Origin: Cladosporium halotolerans
Lineage: Eukaryota
Assembly (NCBI RefSeq): GCF_011745625.1
Contig: NW_027191464.1
Coordinates: 558,001 to 616,076, forward strand
Length of the DNA stretch: 58,076 bases
Direction of reading: 5' to 3'
The stretch's first letter is position 1; each line of letters starts with the position of its first letter. Shown piece by piece: positions 34,374 through 46,465 of this stretch. Position numbers and translations under genes: made by a program. The notes under the pieces were generated by a model. The model saw only the letters and a list, made by a program, of their open reading frames with translations, was not told where the DNA came from and ran no database searches.

Positions 34374-35243
34374 GGCGGCGGCGGTTTGCTGTTGGAGGAG
34401 CGAGATGCAGAGAAGATGGTGTCAAGCTCACAGTCGAGAACCTCAAAACCGGGGGTTCCCGAGGCGAGCGAAGTCGAAACCCGAGCGAGAGGAGAAGACT
34501 GAGTGGAGAGGCGCCCAGAGGTGATGGACGTCAAGGGTGTTTGCAAGGCAGCAAGGAAAGGGTGGTGCGGTGGACAGCAGATGGCCAGTGTTGGTTGAGT
34601 GGGACGGGACGGGAGTGATCTATGCCCATGCCCAGGCTCTAGGGAGTGCTGGAGACGGAAGACATCACGGTTGGGAAGAAGAAAAAAGAAAGAACGGACG
34701 GTGAGTGGTGATGAGCGGTTGGTACACGCGGCGGAGCTGGCGCGGGGGGTGGAGTTGGAGGATATGGGGAGGAGGAATGGTGGCACGATGGACTGTTGTT
34801 GGGCCAGCCGTGACGAGCAGCAGGCAAAATTGGCCGCAGATTTGGGTTGGCGGATGGAGTGAGACGTCATGAGGCGCCGGTAGACGTTGCTGCTGGCGTG
34901 TGCGTCAGCTATCGACGTCGACAATGCGCCTCGGATTAGGGCTGTGCGCGTGCTGTGCGGGCGCTGGGCGTGAGCTAGGCGCATGCTAGCAGGCTGCTAA
35001 CCTTCTAGCGCCGACGCGCAGTCGAGCGCGCGGCACCACGAGGTCTGCGGATCTGCGGGCAGATCGCCAGCCGGTGCGCCGCCGGCGGTTGTTTGATTGA
35101 GATTGATTGATCGCCCATCAATGTTGATTGGAATTGATTACCGCAGGGCTGGCGGTCGAGGCTGTGTCGGGGCGCTGCACGCCAGGAGGATGCGTCTCTG
35201 GGCAGCGGGCGCGGCGTCTGGCTCTTCCTCAGGCCGCGGAGCA

Positions 35244-35368
35244 GACTGCTAGACTCGACTGCTAGGTAGGCTCGACTGCTAGACTCGACTGCTAGGTAGG
35301 CTCGACTGCTAGACTCGACTGCTAGGTAGGCTCGACTGCTAGACTCGACTGCTAGGCTCGACTGCTAG
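35244..35368. repeat. Higher-order minisatellite: 30-bp unit (13+17 bp subunits sharing GACTGCTAG), three exact copies plus decayed copies
   Basis: GACTGCTAGACTC-GACTGCTAGGTAGGCTC at 35244, 35274 and 35304, followed by GACTGCTAGACTC, GACTGCTAGGCTC and GACTGCTAG. Confidence 0.95.
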
Positions 35369-35822
35369 CCTGCACAGCACCTCCTCACCCATTCACGCAC
35401 TCCCGCCGTGCTGCCGTCAGCATCCGCGGGCGTTGGCGCATCATTGCGTGCAGACACGGCCAGACCACTGCCGTTGGCCGCAGCGATCGCGGTGTGGTGC
35501 TTGCGTGGCGGCTGTCGTGGTCGGCGCTCGGCAGAGGCCCACCCTTCGTCTGCGCGGAGACGTCATGCACGCGCCGCCGTTCAGGGCGAGGAGAAGTTTG
35601 TTTGCCCTGCTCCGACTCCGCCTGGGGCCTGGGGACGGTGGACGACACTCGATTCCCACTCGCCGGCCCGCCGTCCATAGTCTGAGGCGAGACACCGCGC
35701 TGCCGGTATCGTAGAGTGTGGTAGATTTGCTCCGACTCTGTCCTCTCCTCCCACCTCGCCTGACAACATCTCCCCGCCGCGACTTTCTCGTTTCAACCGT
35801 GAGTGTGCGCGTTCGAGCAAGC

Positions 35823-37401
35823 ATGCTGTCACGATCACTCTGGCTGCTGGGCCTCGCCGCCTTCAGCGCGCGAGCACAAGACGAGACTGGAACCGGCACC
35901 GACGTCTCGACCACTGCCACCGCTTCCTCAGGCAGATCCTCCTCCTCGCCCTCAACGACAACTGACTCCGACGCATCCTACGCGTCCTTGACCTTCACCA
36001 ACTCCGATCTCTCCACCATCAGCACCTCGATCCCCGTCAGCGACTTCACCGGCTCCGAGTTCACCTACATCACCCGCTCCGGCCAGGTCACCGTCACCAG
36101 CACCGGCGAGCGGGTCTTCGTCTCCGGCACCAGGACTTTCACCCTCGGCTCCGACAATGCCACCACTTCCTCCAACTCGCAAATCACCCGCACTTCGAAC
36201 ACGGATGCCTTGACACAAATTGGAGGAAACCGCACGGCCACCGCGACTGGAACCAGCAGCGCTCCAGCCGTTTCCAACACGGCCGCTTGCAACAACTACC
36301 CAGAATTCTGCAACCGGAAGTACAGCAACATCACAGAAGTGTGCGCACACAATGCTGCCTTCTCCATTCCGCGCAATGCAGCCAGCAACCAGGAATTGGG
36401 CATTGTGGACCAGCTGAACGATGGTGTTCGCATGTGTATGCATATCCCCCATCACCTAATTTGCGTCTCGACCCATACTGACTTTCTCGACAGTGCAAGG
36501 CCAAGTCCACTGGGTCAACGAGACCCTTTACAACTGCCACACCTCCTGCGATCTCCTCAACGCCGGCACTTGGCAATCGGAGCTCGAGACCATCGTTACT
36601 TGGCTGCAACAGAACCCCTTCGAAGTCCTCACCATCCTGGTCGGTAACTCCGACCTGACCGTCGTCGAGAACTTCGTTCCAGCCATTCAAAACTCCGGCC
36701 TTTCCCAGTACCTCTACACCCCGCCCTACATCCCCATGCACAAGGACCAGTGGCCCACCCTCGGCGAGATGATCCTCAACAACGACCGTGTCGTCATGTT
36801 TATGGACTACTGGGCCAACCAGCAGTCCGTCCCTTACATCCTCGACGAGTTCACCCACATCTGGGAGTCGCCCTTCAGCCCTCAGGACCCAGCTTTCCCC
36901 TGCACCATCCAGCGCCCGCCCGGACTCGCTGAGGAGGACGCCCGCGAGAACTACATGTACATCGCCAACCACAACCTCAACGTCGCTGTCGAGCTCGGCG
37001 CCATCACCGGCGGCGGCGACGACGCCATCCTCCTCCCCAACACCGCCCAGATCAACACCACCAACGGCGCAGGGCTGGAGATGGGCCAGCTCGGCGCCAT
37101 GGCGCTCAACTGCTCCAGTAAGTCCCCTTCCGTCCGATCGATCCAGGCGCAGGACTGGCAGCTAACTTTATCTCCTCCAGATGACCACGGCGCCCCGCCC
37201 AACTTCCTCCTCGTCGACTACTACAACCGCGGCGACCCCGAGCCGGGCTCCGTCTTCGAAGTCGCCGCCCGCTGGAACAACGTAACCTACAACCGCCCTT
37301 GCTGCGGCGCTGAAGCCCGTAGCCCGGCGTCGGCTGTCGCGAGGGTCAGCGGCGTGGCTGTTTCCGCTGCTGTTGTTTTTGCTGTCGTGCTTGCTTGGTG
37401 A
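35823..37401 (+). CDS. PLC-like phosphodiesterase (PI-PLC X-domain-like), secreted and probably GPI-anchored, 3 exons
   Basis: Signal peptide, S/T linker, CNNYPEFCNRKYSNITEVCAHN, ASNQ, QLNDGVRMLQ, CHTSCDLL, WPTLGEMI, PNFLLVDYY; introns 36436-36493 and 37118-37180; hydrophobic C-terminal tail. Confidence 0.88.
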
Positions 37402-37949
37402 GCGTGAGCGTGAGCGTCAGCGTTCGCTCGTAGGCACGTTTGTACAAAATCTGTTTTTGGGTACACAGGAGCACTGCATGGCGATGGCGTTTTTGGAATA
37501 TTGTTTCGACCAAGCGGGTTTTTTTTTTTTTTCGTACTTTGTTTGGATATACAGTTTGGGGTTCTTGTATCACGATGTGAAGATTATTACATTTAATGCG
37601 AAGCTGTTGAGCTACTACATCATCTTCATGCCGTTCAGCGAACATTGCGGGCATATTTTTTCACTGAATGTTCGTTTCTCCTGGAAACATGGATGTATGG
37701 AGTGGAAGCTTATGATTTTGATCGTTTCTTGCAGCTCGTGAAGCGGTTGCCGGAAAGGCCTGACATTGTATTCTGGCAAATCGAAAAGAAAAGAGATATG
37801 GGTAGTTGCGTGGCCGCATCTCGCGGATCGGCGAATGTACGAGATCGAGATCGTGTTGTACTAAAGAAAAGCCAAAAGAATGGTGAAGAAAGCAACGCTA
37901 GAGATATTCCGAAAAGAAAGTCGACATTGCCCTCGTGCCCAGGAACAGA

Positions 37950-40910
37950 TCATGGAACAGTACCAATTGCAGCGTCTCCAGCAGCGATCCTCTCATACCA
38001 CTCCCCGTGCGCCGCCATGTCGACCGCCCTTACTCTCTCCAGACACTCGACAATACCGCCCACCTGGCTGCCGAACTCCGCAAGCCCGCAGCCGGCCAGC
38101 GCTTCCTGTGCTCCACTTGCGGCTCGCACGCGCTCGGCACTGCTGACTGCAGCGAGGCGGTTGATCACGTGGCTCTTGAGCCGCTGGAAGAGGACTTTCA
38201 GTACAGGGTCGGAGAGTCGGTTGGATGCCGCTTGAGAAAAGAAGCGCGCCGTGGTGGTGGCGAGGTGAGCTTTGGTCGCCGGGGGCATGTTGTGGGCCGA
38301 GGAGAGGATGGAGGTTGCCTTGTCAGCTGTTGTGGGAGAAGATGGGTCCGAAGAGGTGTAACATTCGGTTCCAAGAAGGTGCCAGAGCCTCGAGGCTTCG
38401 GTCTTCCATTGGCTGCGGATGTCGCGCTTGAGGAGATTCTTCGCTGTCAGGAAGAGAGCCCCGATGACGGCGATGCGCAGTGATTCGGCTCGGAAGCGAT
38501 GGAGACGGGCGGTGTCGAGAGCGAGAGTCTCTGGGACATCTTCTTCTGAGAGCCGGGATGGTGAGATGGCTACATCGACGAGGGCCTTGGCGTAGATCTT
38601 GGATGCCGAGGGCCTATCTTCAGGTCTCCGGATACCTTCTGGATCCCGGCGATCAGCCTCCGCGACCAACAGACTCTCGGCGTCACTCCAGAATGCGCGG
38701 GTGCGCTCGAGACTGATTTTGCCAGACTCCAGATCCATGGCAAAGTGCCGTTTCTCGTAACCGGCTGACTCGCGAATCAGTGTAGGCGCAGCGTTCATAA
38801 GCATGAAGTTAGAGTAGTCGAGAGAGAGACTGTCGACCATGCGGAGGAGTCGGAAAAGCTTTTCGATCATAATGGAAAGCTCATCCTCACCAACGCCTTC
38901 AATGGCAGCACTGCCTTGCAGCTCCTCTGACAGTCTCTTGACTTCCTCGTCTCGATAAGGAGCGCAGAGCTTTGGCAGAATGCCCGCCATGAAGTTGAAA
39001 AAGCCGTCGTAGCTGAAAATGCCAGCTTGACACTGCTGAGCAATTTGTTCCAGATCCAGCGTGTCACTGATGAGGTTGTACATGCTGTTCCCGGGCTTCA
39101 ACATCCGAAGCAATTTCTCTCTCAGATTTTCAGCTGCAGAGACGGTCCATACTGCGCCCTGTCCTATCTCAAAGGCAGACTTCATGTTGTCACAGATCGA
39201 TCGGTAGACTTGATCTCTCAGCTCCGAGTTCGCCTTGTCTTCCTCTAGCTTGAAGTCCTTGTCGACCGCAAGCTCGTGTGTCAAAACACGATTTGTAGGC
39301 ATGGTAGTGAAGAGCCTGCTAAGCTGCCCAGAACGCTGCGAGGGCGGCTCCTCAGGAAGAGGACTGGCTGGCACGTCTTCCTCTTCCTGCTGCTGAACAG
39401 TCGTCTCCGTGCTCGGGCCCGTCTCGATGCCTCTGGGCCGGACCTCAGCCACAGCGCGCTTCTTCGGGCGGCGTCTGCGACTCTCACGGATTGCTTTCTT
39501 GATCAGCGCGTCTGCGCGCTCACGACCAGCCAACTTCTGGATTCTACTGAGCAGCTTGACCTGATTGTCTCGGATGCCTTGGCGGTAGTCACTCGCAACG
39601 TCTCCGCGAGAATCATCTTTCACCATCTGCCAAATGGCGTCAAGCTCGACAAAGGACGCCACCATTCCTTCGATCAAGACAGAAGAATCCTGGACCCGCC
39701 ATGCTGCGAATGCAGAGGTGTATGCTGTGTAAGTTTGTGACAAGGTCTCGTGCTGGTTGGGGTGTGATGTGTAGTTGTTCCATGGGGCAAGGCGGCCCAA
39801 TGTGAATTCGAAGCCCGCTGTGAGATCGTTGGCTTTCGCAATCAGATCCTGTTCCTGCGCGCCATTCCTGTTATTCAGCACGGCAGCAGGGTGACCTGCA
39901 AGCATGTAGGCGCTCAAGAACGTTCGTGTGTTCAAAGGCGCGTTGTCGTCGTTGGGCTGCTGCAGACCGAGTTGGGTTAGCAGCGCGGTTGTGGTAGAGA
40001 TGACCTTAGGGTTCGCGACGAAGAGCGTGAGTTGATCGAAATCATCGTTCTTAATCCTCTCGGTGTTGAAGTTCAGTCCCAAGAAAGCGTTCAGCACCGA
40101 GCGCTTGCCACTCAACCTCCACGCTCTCTGTATCCTCCTGGCAGCCGTCTCTTCGTCCAGCACGGCGAGCTGCTCCAGATCATCGATGATGGCCTCCTCC
40201 GCAGCCTCAATGGACACATCCTCCTCCACAACCGCCAGCTTCTTCTCAGCACTGTCGGCTCTTCTCGCCCGTCGCTCCTGTAGGTTCCTCTGGTATTCCG
40301 CGCGTCTCTTCTCCGCCTCGGCATGTCGCTCCTCCATCTCTAGCCTCGCACGTGTTTCATCTGCCAGCTTTCGCTCCTTCACCTCCTCCGCAATGCGCTT
40401 CGCGCGCGCCACTTCCTCGGCGCATGCTGCGGCGACTTTGGCCAGGTACTTCTCTTTCGCGAGCTGCGCTGCCAGAGCCTTCTCCTCGCTGGCGCTGATA
40501 CTACCGCGTGGCGCTGCTTTGGCCAGCGCCGCGCGAAGCCGGACTTGCTCAGCATGTGCCGCGCGATCGGCCAGCCGGGCCTTGCGGGTCTCGAGGATGG
40601 ATGCGCGGCGAAGGTGTTGTGCCACGGAGTGCGACTGGATGCCGGCCGGCGTGGAGCTGCGGCGCTGCGAGAGGCCGGAGCCATGCGAGTGGACGGAGGA
40701 AGACAGAGAGTTGCGACGGGATGAGGTGGCGGAGGACTTGCGGCGCTGGTTCGCGGGGCTCCTGTAGAAGCGTGCGGCGATGCGAGCGGGCGGCGCGAAG
40801 ACCTGGTTGGCCTTGTCGGCCATGATGACAAGCGACTCGTCCTGCAGCTGCTGTTCGTGGGTGTCCTGCGGCGTGGGCGACGGTACGGCGCCGTCGTCCG
40901 GCGCGCCCAT
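37950..40910 (-). CDS. T-complex protein 11 (Tcp11/Sok1-like) protein with an IQ-like motif
   Basis: 986-aa ORF with a coiled coil, AARRIQRAWR (IQ-like), RTFLSAYML, LPKLCAPYRDEEV and VPETLALDTARL. Confidence 0.85.
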   Translation of the reverse strand: MGAPDDGAVPSPTPQDTHEQQLQDESLVIMADKANQVFAPPARIAARFYRSPANQRRKSSATSSRRNSLSSSVHSHGSGLSQRRSSTPAGIQSHSVAQHLRRASILETRKARLADRAAHAEQVRLRAALAKAAPRGSISASEEKALAAQLAKEKYLAKVAAACAEEVARAKRIAEEVKERKLADETRARLEMEERHAEAEKRRAEYQRNLQERRARRADSAEKKLAVVEEDVSIEAAEEAIIDDLEQLAVLDEETAARRIQRAWRLSGKRSVLNAFLGLNFNTERIKNDDFDQLTLFVANPKVISTTTALLTQLGLQQPNDDNAPLNTRTFLSAYMLAGHPAAVLNNRNGAQEQDLIAKANDLTAGFEFTLGRLAPWNNYTSHPNQHETLSQTYTAYTSAFAAWRVQDSSVLIEGMVASFVELDAIWQMVKDDSRGDVASDYRQGIRDNQVKLLSRIQKLAGRERADALIKKAIRESRRRRPKKRAVAEVRPRGIETGPSTETTVQQQEEEDVPASPLPEEPPSQRSGQLSRLFTTMPTNRVLTHELAVDKDFKLEEDKANSELRDQVYRSICDNMKSAFEIGQGAVWTVSAAENLREKLLRMLKPGNSMYNLISDTLDLEQIAQQCQAGIFSYDGFFNFMAGILPKLCAPYRDEEVKRLSEELQGSAAIEGVGEDELSIMIEKLFRLLRMVDSLSLDYSNFMLMNAAPTLIRESAGYEKRHFAMDLESGKISLERTRAFWSDAESLLVAEADRRDPEGIRRPEDRPSASKIYAKALVDVAISPSRLSEEDVPETLALDTARLHRFRAESLRIAVIGALFLTAKNLLKRDIRSQWKTEASRLWHLLGTECYTSSDPSSPTTADKATSILSSAHNMPPATKAHLATTTARFFSQAASNRLSDPVLKVLFQRLKSHVINRLAAVSSAERVRAASGAQEALAGCGLAEFGSQVGGIVECLERVRAVDMAAHGEWYERIAAGDAAIGTVP

Positions 40911-42084
40911 GATTGCCGGCTTTATGGTGATCGTTGATGTTTGCCCTGGCGCGAGCGGCTTCCGGATGCGGGAGGGTGCAGCAGCGGGATTCTTTGATTC
41001 GTAGGTATGTGTCGCTATGTACTTGGGGGGAGTCAGATGCTAGCGACGTCGTAGGAGAGGCGTGCACAGGCGGACAGGGAGCCGGACTCAGGGCCAGTGA
41101 ACAGTGCAAGAGAGGGAGGCGCGCCGGGCGGTGGTGGCTGGTGCGGTTTCGTGCTTCGTCATCCAGCATGCGCCAGCCGGATTTGGGGGGAATTTGAGGC
41201 GCTGGTGTCGATTGCGGTGGAAGGCTGGAGATGGCGGGGTTCAAGGCCGTTGTATCTGAGGCACGCTATCTGCTGCTATATTTGGCCGGCTTGTCACGGG
41301 CGTGTGGCATATAACGGTCGAAGCGAACAGTGCGTGTGTACATGTATTTGACCATGCGCATGTTCACTGCCTTGCGGTATCGCCGTTGCCGCTACAGCAC
41401 ATGGACGCTTTTGAGTTCGCTTCTCCGCATGCCGGTCTTGCCACGTCCGGCGACGACAGCCACGCGCCGAGCTGAGCCGCCGCTGATCACAAACCCTCGT
41501 GCACGATGATAACGCCACGGCGCGCACGAGCCGCTGATCGTAGCCTAAGGCATTCATTTGTTGATATCTACTCGCTTCCAGACACCATCACAGACCATGA
41601 GCAAGCGACTACATGGCTCCTCGATTGGATAGCTTTACGCCTTTATTGTTGTAGGTCAGTGTTACGCGTGGTCCCGCTCTCAAGCAGCTTCTCCCGGGTC
41701 TGATCATCCACCCTGACCTCAATGCTCGCCGTGATCAGCTCGTGATTCGAGCGACGAATCACGCCTGTGAGCTGCCAATCAACTCATGCAGATACTGCCA
41801 GCAGACGTGTCTCCTTCGAAACAACAGCTTCGCTTGCTCCCCTGACGCTGCAGCGCGAAAGTCTTAGTTGTAACCGTGACTCCGATCTGGATTTCCCTCG
41901 TTTGACACCCTTCGAGATTGTGCACAAAGCAGTCTGCTCAACTTTTCAAGGGGAATGGGATTCCAGCTTCGGTTAAACTGTCGTCTATCCCAATGTCTGC
42001 GGCTGCTTTGGGACCACACAGCTAGCGCATAGCCGATTTAGCTGTTCCACCCAAGCTAGCCCTCGACATGACGAAGGAAGCACT

Positions 42085-42798
42085 CTACGCATCCTTAACG
42101 CGTGTGTCAAGAGCGAGCCTGTCGGGTACTCGCAGGTCAATGACTCCTTCCACATTCTTTTTGAACTTCTCCAGCTCCGCAAACGCCTTCTCCGCGATCT
42201 TCGCGTTCTTCCTGTCCTCCAGACGTACAGATACCTCAACCATATACGTGCCGCTGGCGTCCAGAATCTCCAGGTTCGACATTGAGAGTGGGGGCCCTTC
42301 GAGAATTTTGTCTGCCGCCAGCTGCTCTTGGGCGACGAGCACCCGGAAAATCTTCACGACCACGTTGTCGCTCACAAACCGGTGGCCAAGGACGTAGTGC
42401 TGGCCGATTGACCGGTAAGCTCCAGCGTCTTCATACACTCTCACGTCTTGCACGTCGCTCTCGATCACTTCTCGAGCTGTGTGGTCTTTCACACTAGGGT
42501 CTGGCGTCTGCTCGACACGCTGTCGCCACTGCCCGGTGCTTTCGGGCGCGTCGCTCGTAATGCGTACTGCCCGCGTGAGCTTATACACCCATTTTTGCTG
42601 CTGGGAGCCCGGCTGAGGAGTCCCAGGCTGGGAGTGCTTTTTCTTGGAGGCGGCGATTTCCGGCGCGCGGAGCTGAGCGAAGAGCGCGCTTTGCTCCTGG
42701 TACGCGAATGGTTGTGAGCCAGTCACGCCGGCCAGTATATTCAGGACCTGATTGTGCCGCGAGGGGGATATTTGGCTGTACAGAAGGATTTCGTGCAT
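42085..42798 (-). CDS. SRB5: Mediator subunit 18 (Med18/Srb5)
   Basis: MHEILLYSQI...VLNILAGVTG start, GHRFV, LDASGTYMVEVSVRLED and C-terminal DLRVPDRLALDTRV, all typical of fungal Med18. Confidence 0.85.
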   Translation of the reverse strand: MHEILLYSQISPSRHNQVLNILAGVTGSQPFAYQEQSALFAQLRAPEIAASKKKHSQPGTPQPGSQQQKWVYKLTRAVRITSDAPESTGQWRQRVEQTPDPSVKDHTAREVIESDVQDVRVYEDAGAYRSIGQHYVLGHRFVSDNVVVKIFRVLVAQEQLAADKILEGPPLSMSNLEILDASGTYMVEVSVRLEDRKNAKIAEKAFAELEKFKKNVEGVIDLRVPDRLALDTRVKDA

Positions 42799-43377
42799 TC
42801 TTGAAGAGATCCCGATGTGTACTCCGGTGGTGCTATCCTGGTAGGGTTGTTGGCGCGTGCGGACACAGTTTTGGTATGCTCGATATTACTGTGGCACTCT
42901 GCGGAATGCCATGCAACCGCTCGCTTCTGCAGCCCGAGAAAATGCAAGCGTGAGATTGCTGACTCGCGGTGGCTTCTTGACCTCTGCGGAGCATGTGAAA
43001 GAGCATGTGATTGGGGAGTTGTGGTGAAGATTGGCGGGGATTCCTGGGGCTGGCGCCTTAGGCTCACGCGAGGTGAAATCGGAAAGCCCAAAGCGACAGG
43101 TGCATCCGAGCGTCGCCGATCTCGCCGAAAGCTGCCGCTCAGCAGGCGAGCACCGCTGCTGCACTTATCACCACCAGCTTCGCAATTGACCTCCACGGCA
43201 CCTCCAACGTCGCTACGCTCGCCTGCCTCCGCATTCGCTTGCTCGTACGGGAGAACATACACTCATAAAGAACATCGCTCTCCTTTCCGCCTTCCTGTCA
43301 CGACGCAGCGCGCCTCAGCTTCAACTCCCTCCAGCCGAACAACTCTTCACCAACCACACCATACCAACTCAGCCAAA

Positions 43378-43819
43378 ATGCGCGCAACCAGAGTTCTCTT
43401 CAAGCACACCCCCATGATCAAGTTCCTGGGCAGGCGCTCGGTCCCTAAGCGTAAGCGCATCCTTCTTCAAGCTTCCCAAATCATCCGCTAACAATTTTCC
43501 TCAAGAAATCGACCACACACCGCAAGTCCACCCCGCCTCGCCCGCCGAGTCTCTCCCCGAGTCTTTCGCCCAATACCGCCAGAAGGCCAGCCAGCACGGC
43601 CCCATGATGCGCGGCGGCAGCAGCGGCGGCGCCGCTTCTTCTGGCTCTTCGCAGTCTTACGGCGCCGTCGGCGGCAGCTCTGGACGCCAGCTCGGAAGCG
43701 TGCAGCCGAAGGAGGGAGAGGTCTGGGATCGCAACCAGCTCCCGAAGAGGTTCAGGAGGACTTTGTACAGCGAGGCGGAGATGGAGGCTATTGAGAGTGG
43801 AGGTGCGAGCTTGTTCTAA
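43378..43819 (+). CDS. KGD4: Kgd4/Ymr31 (MRPS36 family) alpha-ketoglutarate dehydrogenase adaptor subunit, 2 exons
   Basis: MRATRVLFKHTPMIKFLGRR; intron 43451-43505; HPASP, YRQKASQHGP and LPKRFRR...EMEAIESGGA. Confidence 0.85.
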
Positions 43820-45201
43820 TCGCGGAGGGAGCATTGGGAGATGGAAGGCCGGATGAAACGGAAAATGCCGATGTGTGAGCGTGGAGAGGAAGAGCAAGGA
43901 ATAGCCAGGCTTGACACCAACTTTTTCTTTTTTCTTTTCGGATGAGGTGGATGGCATATTTTGTTATTCTGCACATTATGAGCGATGGACATAGAGGGTC
44001 GATGTATACCCCCAACTCTTGCAGCATGGGCTGCTCCCCTTCACACTTGGGTCTTTCCAATTTTGCGCTAAGCCTGGGGGCATCCACCTGGACGTACGCG
44101 AGAAGTACCTGCAGTCAGAGGACACTGTCGTTCCGGATCACCATCGGTCGAGTCCCTCGGCGACGAAAGACCGGCTCTCTTGACGTGCCGCGTTCAAAGC
44201 CAGTCACGGAGGAATGGATGGTCTCTGGACTAGGATATGGAATGATTGGTGAAGCCTTCAAAAGAATCTCTCGCCGTCCGCTAGCCTGCCCCAGATGATC
44301 TGCTGCTTGATTTTGCGTTTCAATCCAGGAACGCCCGAGTAAGACAGCATTTTAACTTGTCCTGGTGACCTCACAAACACCGACAGAGCGTAGGGACGCT
44401 CACTCAAAACCATCCACAGCCAGCGCATGCTGTAGTTGCGAAGTAGGTAAGCCGGAGAGAGTGGTGTATGTACCGTGCAATAATGGAACGGAATCGCGGT
44501 TAACCTTCTTTTCTGCCACTAATCGACCCGATCCACTGATTCAATGCGGCACAAATTCAAGCAAGGCCATTGGCTACACCTAGATTTCCCTTCGAACCGT
44601 CAACAGAGGAACACCTCCGCGGTATCCTGACAAGGAAGTCGTGACGACATGAAATTATGGGGAAGTCGCAAGGCTTCCGCGGACAAGTCGACCGCCTTTG
44701 GTCGGAGCCCGGAACGGAGTCCGATCGCCATAACTGGTATTCACGGTCTCTCACTTTGATGGACCAGAGGTCTTCAAGGGGTCTACGGAGGCTCGCTGAA
44801 ACAACCTGCGAAAAAGACATCACAGGATGGTTTTCGGCGCGATGTTTCGTGTTTCTGGATGCCCGGGTATTCTACGCCATGCGCGAAACCCAAAAAGCTT
44901 GGCCAAGCTAGGCTCCAACCCAATATTGAGACTCAGGGAGCTTGTGTCTGAGCTTGCCGTCTTTTGGCGGGATATTCGGTCAATGGCTTTAGGGGACGTG
45001 GACGCGGGGAGCCGTATGTCTCGACATGCGTAGGAAAGGAAGGTTTTATGTCGAACGTTGACTTCATGAGCGAGATGGTGCTGACGCCACTTGGCTATAT
45101 AAGAGATGCTACTCTCGTTGCTAAAATATCCTGCCTCGACTTTTAAGCGCTAAGACACACCGGCGTGGTGTTGTTGAATGTCCATCGCTCGTTCAAGAAA
45201 G

Positions 45202-46335
45202 ATGTTGCTTAAACTTTTGACAGCGGCCGCTCTGGCGACATTATCTTATGGCTTTCCGAATGGTCCTTTCCGAGACACCCAACACAATGACAATGCCAAA
45301 GTCCCCGACTACAGGAGCGGTGGTGATGGAGCAGAGAAAATGGCAGGACCAAAAGAAGATGGCTTGTCTATCTGCGACAAATACGCAACTCAGCTGTTCG
45401 GCGATAACAACTATGATACGCAGTCTTTACTGGCCACGGTATTCGTCAATCAAGCTGCAGCTGGCAACTACACACCTATCAGCCAAACCAACGGCGTCGG
45501 ATTCCCAGGTTTCATCAACCCCGGCGTTTTCCATGGCGTGCAAGTGAACCAATTGCCTTACTTCAACGGCCAGCTCAACAGCACGAATGTCTCGCCTGAC
45601 AAAGGTCACGGCGTAGCCGTCAATTGGCTCGATGGTGGCGGCCAGCCTGCACTCCACCAGAATCTCTCGGCCTTCGACGTCAACAGCAATCAATTGTAAG
45701 CTTTCCCGTACTGTACTGCTTCTCGAGCTACGAGTTCATGCTAACCCTTTGTCCATAGCTTTTACTTCGTCCACTTGTACGAATACTTTGCCTACATGCT
45801 CGACTGCAGCGTCTACGGCAATTCCGTCGATCGCTACAACGGCAGCACAGACATGTACCACGTGCACAAGTACATGAACATCAACAAGGACATGGAGGGC
45901 TACACGAACCTGCAGTTCGTGCTGTCTGCTGCCAGCCTCGGCTTTAGCAAGGAGGCTCAGGGGTACATCGGCCGGTCGCTCCAGCTCTTGTTTAGCTTCA
46001 AGTGCGAGTCACCGCAGCCGTATCCTCACTGGTGAGTCAAGTTTTATTGGCGGGGGAGAGCACGATTTCGCTGACAGGCTGTACTCCTAGGGCTGAGCCC
46101 GCTTCGCAAAGCATTTGTCAAGCGGTAAGTATGCTTCATGGCTTGGGTCATCCAGAGTACTGACGCGGTCCAGGAGGACTGCCCAACTTTTCCACACCAC
46201 CCGATCTGCTTGGACGAGGATAGACCGATCCCACAAATTGTAGCGGCTCCCGGGGAGTCGAAGGTAAGGGTTTACAGCTGTGAGGACGATATTGACGACA
46301 TTGATCAGCGGGGCGATGGTTGTCTTGTTAATTGA
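45202..46335 (+). CDS. Secreted protein with a truncated-globin-like domain, 4 exons
   Basis: TATATAAG near 45096; signal peptide MLLKLLTAAALATLSYG; introns 45696-45758, 46032-46090 and 46125-46173; SICDKY, LPYFNG, WLDGGG, HLYEYFAYMLDCS and YNGSTDMYHVHKYMNI. Confidence 0.75.
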
Positions 46336-46465
46336 TGGGCCTTGCGCAGAATCGGGGATGGAAGATTGACTGCGGAATGTGAAATGCGATATAAAGTGGA
46401 ACGAGGAGAGAACAGACTTTTGATGCAAATATACAAGGTTGGCCTAGTGTCCCGTATTGAATTAA

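Noticed and set aside
35244..35368. CRISPR-like array
   Set aside because: No unique spacers; a plain minisatellite.
37399..37532. (TGAGCG)3 and a poly-T run after the PLC-like gene
   Set aside because: Ordinary 3' UTR microsatellites.
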